Shown here: piece after piece, positions 49,521-59,895 of the stretch
Layout of the letters: each line of letters opens with the position of its first letter
Numbering within the stretch: position 1 is the first letter of the stretch
Source of the DNA: Tubiluchus corallicola
Taxonomy: Eukaryota > Animalia > Priapulida
DNA: 64,000 bases
Direction: 5' to 3'
Assembly: GCA_030141605.1 (NCBI GenBank)
Contig: JAQGDQ010000314.1
Location: forward strand, 124,001-188,000
Notes under the pieces: model-generated
What the model was told of the DNA's origin: nothing
The model's input: only the letters and a program-made list of their open reading frames with translations
Database searches by the model: none
Program-made: the position numbers and the translations under genes

Positions 49521-50150
49521 ATGGTGTCTCTAGATATCCAGAGCCAATCTTCACATCGTCAGGGTCGCGTCTGGCCCATCCGTTTGCGACAGAGAGGAAC
49601 CAATTTACTTGCGATGGGTTCCATTTTGTTCGCCGTGGGCTTTGGCATTCTCTTCATAACTTACTCGTGGATAGCTTTACTGACGGCATGGGTAATGTCC
49701 ATCGTGTTTTGTGTGGCCGGTGGGTACTTTATAAAGCAAGCGAATGGTTATCGCAGAGTCGGGACAGTCATTGTTCACGGTAATCAAAATATACCTCTGA
49801 TGGCGTCAAGCCATGCCTGGGCCAATGAGCATACATTGGAAACTTTCGCTCACCGTCCCTGGATGACGCCACAGTCGGGTTTTACTTCATATGGCGACAG
49901 AGCGGTGTACATGAATAATTGTGGCAGTGTGTTAGCACCCATTCAGATTGCAGTGTCGACAGAAGAAACTCAACCACAAGCTGAATACACGCATGGCTTA
50001 CGACCTCCTTATTGCCAAGCACATCAACAAGAGCAAGTGGCGCCATCTATGAACTTACCTGTTTATGATTGTGGATTAGTTTCGCCAGCTGTGAGATCTC
50101 CTTCAGCCCCACCGCCATCTTACGATTCGTTATTCAAAGAAAACAGTTAA
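49521..50150 (+). CDS. Uncharacterised two-TM membrane protein with C-terminal PY motifs, 209 aa
   Basis: ATG at 49521 downstream of an acceptor (ttatag, 49396). Two adjacent hydrophobic segments (LLAMGSILFAVGFGILFITY and WIALLTAWVMSIVFCVAGGYFI), then a Pro-rich tail with LPVY and PPPSY. A candidate non-coding exon ends at 47345 (AAG|gtaagt). Confidence 0.75.
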   Translation: MVSLDIQSQSSHRQGRVWPIRLRQRGTNLLAMGSILFAVGFGILFITYSWIALLTAWVMSIVFCVAGGYFIKQANGYRRVGTVIVHGNQNIPLMASSHAWANEHTLETFAHRPWMTPQSGFTSYGDRAVYMNNCGSVLAPIQIAVSTEETQPQAEYTHGLRPPYCQAHQQEQVAPSMNLPVYDCGLVSPAVRSPSAPPPSYDSLFKENS

Positions 50151-51177
50151 AAACTAGTTTTTTACTAAATTATTTCTGCCTCTGGAGACTGTATGAATTT
50201 AATGGCATTTGCAACACTATGCTGAATACGAAGTAAAAGATAACCAACAGTGTCCCGTTGCCGTCATTCGTTAGCAATTTCAGTTGAAATGATGATGATG
50301 TAAACGTTCAACTTATTGTAGGAATAACTGACGTTGGTGTAAAAACTAAAATTATCTGAAACAAAATTGCTAATTGACAAAATGGCATACCAAAAATTAG
50401 TAGTATAGTCTAAACTCACTTTGTAGCGTGAACATCTTCTAGTTTCAAGTGGCTGGACCCACTTGTTTATAATCACGGTCTGGAAATACATGTTTGTGAA
50501 AGCCAGGCATATTTATGCACATTGCACACATGAGTTTATAGGGCCCTGCACCCTGTACTCAATGTGATTATAGTTAAACACTGGATTGATCTTGTCTTTC
50601 TCCCGCCCCCTTTTTCGACTTCCGTGTTTCTATTTTATTGAATTTAAAGGTAAATTGGAGAAAATGTCCTGAGGGTTTGACCTGAACGTACCATAAGGTG
50701 TCAAGAAAAGCAAAGAAAATAAAAATATCAACAGCAAAGTTTCCATTCATCGGTGGCTTATATTAAAAAGCAAAAACAACAACAACAATAATAATAATAG
50801 CAACAACAATAACATAACATTACAATAAAGGAATAAATATACAATATGGCCGTGATGTTGTCACAATTGCTTAACAACGACAAATCAGTTCAATAATTGA
50901 AACTTACAAGTTAATTCAACATCTCCAATTGTATTCGTAACTTAATTGCAGTTTGCGCGATGTGAACAAACAACGGTAAAAGTGTGCGGTGAAAATTGAA
51001 AAACAGTTTTAAGAAAAGGCAAGGTAGAGAAAGAGAAAAAGAGACAGACAGACTCAGAGAGAGGGAGAAAGAGAGAGAGCGAAGAGAGAACGGGGAGAGA
51101 GGAAGAAAAATGAGAGAAAGAGAGCTCAATATTCAATGTCATTAAAGTTTAAAAGAACATTGTTCCGTAGTTCAAAA

Positions 51178-53385
51178 CTACTGATAATGGCGCATTGTTG
51201 GTGGAGGATACCTCATGTGGCCATTGACTTCAGGCTGTGGCTTTTCCGGTCCCGAATGTACAGGCAATGCGTCTACCTTCACTTTCTGAAACTCCACTTT
51301 GGGTGTACGCTCGAATGCATAAGCAGCACCCTTCTCTGTGCTTCCTTCACTTGATTGAGACTGTGAGTATCTCTGCATTGAGTCTTGTGTTGCCTTCCTG
51401 GAAGCACTCAACTCAACGCCTGCTTCGCCTTCTCCCCATCCTTGTCTCTCACCAGTGCTCTTTTCTTGTTGCTTGGCAAATCCGGAACGATATCTTGAAC
51501 CAATTACTACCATTTCTCTTTCTTTGTCATTGGAGGCTTGCTGGGGCGCCTCGGCAACGGCAGTGTCACGCCACAGGTTGAAGTTAAAAGAATCAGTGTC
51601 AATATAGGCATCTCCAAAATTCTCTACACCCAGATCGCTAGCGTCAATGTTGTCAAATGTGGTTATGTCAAAAGAATCATCCGGAGTTCCTGTATTTGAT
51701 GCAACAAATCCATTCCTGGGGATTTCACCATTAGTAAAAAATTGTTCATCAACTGACCTGCCAAAATTAACCATGTCAGGAACAACATCCTCTCTATTTG
51801 AAAAATCGTCACGTCTTTCAAAGGCTCTTCCGTTGCCATTTCTAGGCACAAATCCATTGGATCTGCCAAAGTCATTCCTAGCCGCATTTTCAGGAACAGC
51901 TACATTTGTTCTACCAAATCTGTTGTCAGCTGATCTACTGTATGTTGGTGGAGAAGCATGCACTGGAATATATCCATTTCTGCCATTGATATCTGGTGCA
52001 ACGATATTTGGTTGACCATGTTCACCCACAATAACACCATTTCTTGGCAAGGCATCGTTAGACCTACCATTAGAAGCACTAATTGGCAAACGTACACCAG
52101 CACGAGGTACAGCAGCAACACCGTTAGTAGCTCGTCCTTGGCCAGTTGGTAATCTATATCCATTGCTGATGGTACTGGTCGTAGGTCCACGTCCATTTGC
52201 CAAACCAAACCCATTGTTACTATCAGCAATCAGAGGTCTGGCATTACTTGGCAAACCATAGCCATTCCTAGTGGCACTGATACTGGGTCCAGCACTGCCA
52301 GGCAGACCGTATCCATTACTAGCTTCCATTGTAGGTTCGAATTCATTAGGTGAACCAATCCCTGCAGGAGTGCTGATTCCATTCCTGGATATAACACCAT
52401 TAGACCTGGCTGTCATTCCTGGGTATGACATCATATCCACAATTTGAACCCCTTGGTTAGACGATGCACCATGAAATGGCCCATACCCATTCGTTGCTCT
52501 GCCATTACCATTAATGGCAGGAAGAGCACCATTGCCATTGACCAGTGCCATTGCTGGGCCATTTTCATTCATAGTCTGACTACCTCTGGCCATAGCTTCA
52601 GCTGGAATACTGTAGTCACGTCCATTGCCAACCATAGTGTGACCATTGCTGGATGCAACATTAGGTGCTAAACCATATCCTCTAGTTGCACGACCATTGC
52701 CAACAACTGATCCACCATTGCTAGTCATAACATCAGTTGGCAAACCACTTGGAGCACGGCCATAACTAACCATAGGTTCACTGTTGCTGGTCGCAACATT
52801 GGCTCGGGAACTGAATGATTCGCCATTGCCATTCGTTGACCTGCCCACAGTCATACCATAACCATTTGAGGAACCCCCATTAGAGCTGTCATATACACCA
52901 TTTACATATGGTGCACGACCATTAGTTGCACGACCATTGCCAACAACTGATCCACCATTGTTAGTCATCATAACATCTGTTGGCAAACCACTTGGAGCAC
53001 GGCCATAACTAACCATAGGTTCACTGTTGCTGTTCGCAACACTGGCTCGGGAACTGAATGATTCGCCATTGCCATTCGTTGACCTGCCCACAGTCATACC
53101 ATAACCGTTTGAGGAACCGCCATTAGAACTGCCATATACACCATTTATATATGGCGGATTTTGCTGTGCGTCATTAAATTCTGTGTTTCTGTAACCGTTA
53201 ACCATAGCTGCGCCATTTTGGCCTGCACCGTATCCCATAGCGCGGCCATTTGAAGAACCAAAGTTGCTCATGGCAGCGGCAACATTGCCATTGGAAGGAC
53301 CCATTCCAGTGGCAACATCTACTGCATGCTGCATGGAACCTATTGCACACGCCAGCAAGATGGTCAATCTTGACAACATAATCAT
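51178..53385 (-). CDS. Secreted Asn-Gly-rich low-complexity protein, 735 aa
   Basis: A long ORF starting just after an acceptor (tttttacag|A ATG). It has a signal-like N-terminus MIMLSRLTILLACAIGS, dense NG dipeptides, an ~80-aa internal tandem duplication and an Asp-rich segment. Confidence 0.88.
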   Translation of the reverse strand: MIMLSRLTILLACAIGSMQHAVDVATGMGPSNGNVAAAMSNFGSSNGRAMGYGAGQNGAAMVNGYRNTEFNDAQQNPPYINGVYGSSNGGSSNGYGMTVGRSTNGNGESFSSRASVANSNSEPMVSYGRAPSGLPTDVMMTNNGGSVVGNGRATNGRAPYVNGVYDSSNGGSSNGYGMTVGRSTNGNGESFSSRANVATSNSEPMVSYGRAPSGLPTDVMTSNGGSVVGNGRATRGYGLAPNVASSNGHTMVGNGRDYSIPAEAMARGSQTMNENGPAMALVNGNGALPAINGNGRATNGYGPFHGASSNQGVQIVDMMSYPGMTARSNGVISRNGISTPAGIGSPNEFEPTMEASNGYGLPGSAGPSISATRNGYGLPSNARPLIADSNNGFGLANGRGPTTSTISNGYRLPTGQGRATNGVAAVPRAGVRLPISASNGRSNDALPRNGVIVGEHGQPNIVAPDINGRNGYIPVHASPPTYSRSADNRFGRTNVAVPENAARNDFGRSNGFVPRNGNGRAFERRDDFSNREDVVPDMVNFGRSVDEQFFTNGEIPRNGFVASNTGTPDDSFDITTFDNIDASDLGVENFGDAYIDTDSFNFNLWRDTAVAEAPQQASNDKEREMVVIGSRYRSGFAKQQEKSTGERQGWGEGEAGVELSASRKATQDSMQRYSQSQSSEGSTEKGAAYAFERTPKVEFQKVKVDALPVHSGPEKPQPEVNGHMRYPPPTMRHYQ

Positions 53386-53941
53386 TCTGTAAAAACAAAG
53401 TCAAGACGTAATGTTGTGAGCAGTTTTAATTATATTTCGATCTAGAATTTGGGTGATCTCAAATTTGTCAAATAAAATTCAGTTTGCAGTTTTTATAAGC
53501 GATTTTGTATGCCATTTAAGTGTTATAAAATGAAACATGGTGTTGGGGTCAACCCAGTCACCTTAAGCAACGTTACAGTAGCGCTTTGGTTTCGTTAACA
53601 TGATTGCCAATGTTAATTATGGTTGACAGAACGAAATAGGCAATTACAAAATTATCAATACTGTCTGTCTGTCTGACTGACAGACTGTCTGTGTGTCTGT
53701 CTGTCTGTCTGTCTATGACCACTTTTCCCAGGACTCAGGTAATCTCTGAAGTTGATCTTGAAGTTGAAGTTGATTTTTAGACCATTTGAATTTTTTTCAA
53801 TTTTTTAATGATCTGCATTATTTTTTAATGATCTGCATTTTAATGATCTGAGCTACGTGTAACCCTGCGATCAATAAACTCCAGTGACAATCATGTATTT
53901 GTGTTCTATCTGTCTTTCGATCTATTAGGAGGGTAAGCACG

Positions 53942-54227
53942 TACGTAAGTAAGTAAACAAGTAGGTAAGGCAGGTAGGTAGGTAGGTAGGTAGGTAGATA
54001 GGTAGGTAGGTAGGTAGGTAGGTAGGTAGGTAGGTAGGTAGGTAGGTAGGTAGGTAGGTAGGTAGGTAGGTAGGTAGGTAGGTAGGTAGGTAGGTAGGTA
54101 GGTAGGTAGGTAGGTAGGTAGGTAGGTAGGTAGGTATGTTGGTAGGTAGGTAGATAGGTAGGTAGGTGAGTGAATGAGTGTGTGAGTGAGTGAGTGAGCG
54201 AGCAAGCAAGCAAGCAAGCAAGCAAGC

Positions 54228-54310
<83 letters not shown>

Positions 54311-54442
54311 CAAGCAAGCAAGTAAGTAAGCAAGCAAGTAAGCAAACTAAGCAAGCAAGCGAGTAAGTAAGTAAGTAAATTAAGCAAGCAAGTAAGTATG
54401 TAAGCAAATTAAACAAGTAAGCAAACAAGCAAGCAAGTAAGC
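53942..54442. repeat. Compound tetranucleotide microsatellite (TAGG)n-(TGAG)n-(CAAG)n-(TAAG)n
   Basis: Visible runs inside the 5' intron of the Asn-Gly gene. Confidence 0.97.
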
Positions 54443-56010
54443 AAAGGTCTTCTATTCTCATAAAAAGTTAACATTATTCATGGCTGAACATTAAACAAGC
54501 TGATTTACACTATTTCAGTTTAAAATACATCTACTAAATAAATATACAATGCACCAAAAAACTTTTAATCAAGACAAAACTTTGGATACTAAAAGGTGTA
54601 TAAAAGTAAATAGAAGTAATTTTTTGTAGTGAATAAATTTGAAATGATGACTAATAGAGAACAGTAAAGATAATATATTAATGATAATGTACATTAAAAA
54701 TACATCTATTTATAAAAACTATTAGCTACTCTTTTTGTTTTCAATTTATAGGTAAGTATTTTTCAAAAAGATTCAGTTTGTCCGTTGACCTCATTCTTGT
54801 CGGAGAAGCTATGCTCCTGTACCGAGGGCTTTACGAATACCCAACCCCCAAATTGCATTATAAGAGCACAACATTTCAATCACATGACAAAGATTTATTT
54901 TTATCGGATTTTATTACAACGTAACTTCAAGCAAAAGAAGTGAAGGCGTGAAACTTGCTGCATAATGTATCGTTTACAGGCTCAGTACTATGACATTATT
55001 CACGTTCTCACCAAAAACGTGACCTTTTGCGTTCTTCGTTCATCAATTTACACTCATTTGAGCCAATGATAATGTGCTTGGAGGTTTAGATTGCAATTTG
55101 GCCCTGTGTTTTTCGCTTTACAAACACAAATTTCAGAATTAATTGCTGTCTTTTTGCCATATAATAAAAGATCCTAAGACAAGACATACCAATACTCAAT
55201 ACCAAGTTTGTTAATCACTTGTTAATAACTTTGCTACATAATATTACCTCTTTATTTCTTTTTTCACCTGTTTTATCCAAGTTTAGTACACTGCTGTCAA
55301 CTCAGGGTCAATTTATCATATTAATGGTTGTTGTATAATTAATTCAAATGCTCTTAAACGATCCTCTTAACCACATTCCGGATGCGCATACTGTAATGTA
55401 CATCCTCATTCACAGAGAGAATAGCCCAAATAGATGAAACAGTGTAGAAGCATTTCTCTCCGTAGTCATCCACCCAGTTACACACAGCACACAGAGTGAT
55501 TACTCAGCTATTTCCCAGTTTCAATCTTACATTCGTCACGAGAACAGGCGAAAATGAATGAATTCAGAGATTCTTTAAAAACTCTGAATTCTACCTTACA
55601 GGATAAATTATTTATACTCTTGCATTCCCGTGACCCCCAACACTTTCATCTTTCATTAGCTTCATTATCACTCGTTCTATTTTGCCAGCTTAACATCAAC
55701 ATCAAACACATCATAACCAACTTGTCCCATCCTTTCGCACACCCGCTATTAAAAAAAAGTTACATACCTTTCTCAATCTCGCTCTACTTAATGCATAACT
55801 GTAGTTGTAACGACTGTAACATAGTAGTAACATTATTTTTTGAATCTGATAGTAAACAATTAAGCATAAACCTTTTGATCTTGAAATACTGCTAACCTAC
55901 TTCACGAGGGTTTGAACCTTGTTAGTACACAATAGCAACATTTTTATGACATATCCTCAAGCTATTGATATAACATTGACTGAAGTAGAAATGTACTGAC
56001 TTTAACTCAC

Positions 56011-56107
56011 CTATTGCAGATAACGCTGAAAATAAGTTCACAGACACTGAACTGTTCTGTCGTGTAAAGCAACTGGCAACTTGATTCTCTGGTGGGCCAC
56101 TTTTATA
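56011..56107 (-). promoter_or_regulatory. TATA box, initiator and non-coding first exon, probably of the Asn-Gly gene
   Basis: Minus-strand TATAAAA at 56107-56101, an Inr-like CCAGTT about 30 nt downstream (A at 56074), and a donor AG|GTGAGT at 56011/56010. The most plausible partner acceptor is at 53387/53386. Confidence 0.6.
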
Positions 56108-56689
56108 CCATCCAAAATTATTACCCCTTTCACCTAATTTAGTATCGACTTTAATGAATACTAATTATAACTGTTACTTTCGTTGGCAAGTCTAACGATA
56201 AAGGGGAGGATTCAGTGCGTTGTCGGAGGGTGTTGAATAGAGGTTTTTGTTTAAGTAATGATACAATTTTCTACTTTTAAAAAACCTTTGACTCCACTTA
56301 CACAGTTTATTATTCAGATGGACAAACTTGTAAACAGGTCAACGTACAAGTTTCAAAGTTAACTTTTTGGTTTTGAATATTTTGCAAATGCATATTAGTG
56401 AGGCGATAAATTAACATTAGCCTACCTGTAGTTAACTGTAACTTTCACAGTCAGTCCGTCTATCAGTTTGCCACTTGGTCAGTTAGCTGCCTATCTACTG
56501 TAATCACATGTGCCTAACAGTGGTCGACCATTTAGCGGGTTCATCACCCAATTGGTCAGTCAGTCATTTGGCCATCTGGTTTGTTCCTTCAGTCAATCAA
56601 TTAGTCAGTCATTCAGTAGTATTAATTTGTGATGTGTATATGAACTTTGAGAAGTTTGAAATAAAATATTAAATCTAAAATCAGTCGGT

Positions 56690-56765
56690 AGTCAGTCATT
56701 CACTCAGTCAGTCAGTTAGTTAGTCAGTCAGTCAGTCAGTCAGTATCAGTAAGTTAGTCAGTTAG
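56690..56765. repeat. (AGTC)n/(AGTT)n microsatellite
   Basis: Visible run. Confidence 0.85.
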
Positions 56766-57611
56766 AACTTGATGATAAAAAATATAATGTAACAAATTAT
56801 GTATAGTTTGTCAGAGAGTAAACCAGCTAGTTAGCCAGCCAACCAACTAACTCACCAGTCAACTAGCCTGACTGCAGGGGGACCAGCTTGTCAAGCAAAC
56901 AGCCAAAAGATATGGTAAAATTTTACACATAACAACGTCATGGAAGTAATAATTTTCTTAGCATGACTTTTTAGAAACGCCCTTTGTTAGTCAAATTATA
57001 ACGGTTAGTAACGACATGGAATGCGAGCAACTACAGGAGTATGTAATGTGTAATCTTCAATCTAATATAGTTATTAAAATCACCTGAAATAATTGAAAGC
57101 TTTAATAAACCGAAAAATCAGGTGGAAAATCGCAGTTTTTGATTTGAGGACGACATGGAAAATAGAACAGCAACCGGTGACTTGAAAATAAAGTAATTAA
57201 ATTTTTGACATTTAAGTGATGATATATTGCAGGTAAATGGCCGACGTGTGTTTTAATGTGGTGATATTATACTGTGAAGTTGTGTCAGTCGTAGGTTGAT
57301 TAATACGTGAGGAAATTTGATTGACTGATCTGAATAATTATGCATAAAATTTATAGCGCTTTAATAGCAAAATTATGTGTGTATCGGATGATACCTTAAT
57401 TGGGTCTAGTTTGAAGAAAACTAGGGTATGAAGATGAAACATATAAGTATCCTACGGTAAAGTTTCTAGGTGAGCATAAATTGTGATCGTGTGGCCTACA
57501 TAAGAATATATTGTTTTCTTATATTAATATCACCTTGAATACAACTGCATATTTGTCAGTGTCAGTATGTAACCAAGTCTCTGGTTGACTTCCCTTCTGT
57601 CAGAAAATGAA

Positions 57612-57873
<262 letters not shown>

Positions 57874-59357
57874 TGCCACTTGAGTAAGCCATTCAAAAAC
57901 AATTGAACGGGAATAAGCCTGACTGCTTAGCAATGTTATTATGTGTTACTTCGCAACACAATATATACAGATAAGCTTTACACTGCTGTGAGTAAATTAG
58001 TAGACGTTCTATATTTATAACAAGTCCGACTCGAACTGTTGGTCGAGGGACTCACTGAACTGAAAATTGTGGATCACAAGTCTAGCTCTGTCAATAGATG
58101 CGAAATTTGTTTTTGTATATTCGTCGTAAGTTTAGGCTTAAGTTTAAATTACTAGTTTTTTTTAGAAAATTACGTCAGTGATGTTGAATTCGCGAAGGTG
58201 AATCGAAAATCCGACTCTGTTAATTGATGTAGAATACAATGTAGAATGTTCCAACAAAATTTTATGACGATTCATTGCGAATCGGTGGAACCTTAGGTGG
58301 TTTCGAAAATGACGTTACCGCTACCATCTTGAATTCAAGACGTCCACTTAGTTTAAACGCGTGTTAGTGCCATATGCTAAGAAGTAAGACCTACACCACG
58401 ACAGGCGCGGGCTGTACTAGGTCATTTGTACTAGTACATTGGTTTGAAGTGAAGTTTGAAATCTAATAATATAGAGCCATTTAACGTAATCTAGTTGGTT
58501 TCTTTTGCAGCTGCGTGCTGTTACACTGTAGTTGCTTAGCTCTCTTTCTTGCCCAATAAGCCCTCATAATTCATAGGGAGTAGATGATTTTTTGCAATTC
58601 TGAGTATAGCCACATCATCGAATAATCTATGCAAGAAAATAACTTTTATAATTAACATTATTAGTTCTTGAAATCGATGGCAAAATGAAATTGGCAAACT
58701 AGAAAGAATTTAGTAACGATAAAAAACCTTATAACTAAGCTTACATTTTTTAGGAATTAATTTAAAATTTAATTAATTTAAGGTATAGTAAGGTTTTTGT
58801 AGTAAGGCCTTATTTCGTCGTCTGTAAATTTGCTTACTCCTGTTTTGCTGTTGTTGTTATCGTTGTTATTTTTTGAATTAAAAAATTGTTGTCACAGTTC
58901 TTGTTATTGTGGTCGCCGTCGTCGTTTTCGTTGTTTTTATTTAAAATTTCAACTTATTATAACTGTCAGTAGATGGTGCCACTTTCCTGTTGTAATATTA
59001 AACATGAATAGGATAGCATGTGAACACTATTGACTGTCTGTTAGTACTACGAAATATCGGCAGCAAGCAACAAAGCACTATGTGCAACTCGTGCATACAA
59101 CAGGTAAACTAACAACTCGGTCTATTAGGTATTGCGTAAACCAGGGTTTCATTTAATAAGCCTTAAATTTCAGCCAAATAATAAACTGGATGGTAGACCA
59201 ATTAGGTGATCAAATAGATCAAATTAGGCCTTTTGATAGGCCCTTACTTTGTCATTATTTTTGCTTTATCATTGTACGTTGTACAAATTTAAATTTTATG
59301 CATGTACATTTACTTTTACAATTATTGTATACAACATACTGTTTCTCAAATGTTATG

Positions 59358-59359
<2 letters not shown>

Positions 59360-59398
<39 letters not shown>

Positions 59399-59430
59399 GT
59401 TATTATTATTATTATGATTATTATTATTAT
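59360..59430. repeat. (ATT)n microsatellite
   Basis: Visible run. Confidence 0.95.
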
Positions 59431-59895
59431 GTTATATAATTTTATTTTGTTTTTGCCTTAATTAGTTGTCCCTTATAATATGGATAATTTTTGCATTATT
59501 TTTCTTTATTACGCTGAAATGAACTTCATCGAAGGAATTTCTAAAATCAGTGGTGTTATAAATGAACTCAAATCCAGCCATGTACAAAAGGTATTAAATC
59601 TGTAAATAGGAGTAGCTGACTTAGTAAACCGTAAGGTCTTTCGCCACCTGTTCTCCATACAATTAACTTTTCTTTTTATCACCAAGTAGCTGCTAACAAA
59701 TACTTGTCAATTTGTAAATTGTCAAAATTATTATTATGTCTTTCTTGTACTGGAAAACTTAAAGGAGATAAATAAACAATCTTAATCTTAATCTTTATTA
59801 TAACCCTTTTTATTATTTCTTTTATTTAGTTTATTTTCAGGAATTCATTTCGTAAGGAATTAATAAACTTTTTTTTATTTCAATCGCTTTAAATT

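Noticed and set aside
53818-54461. Long LTYL/PTYL ORFs
   Set aside because: Translations of tetranucleotide microsatellites.
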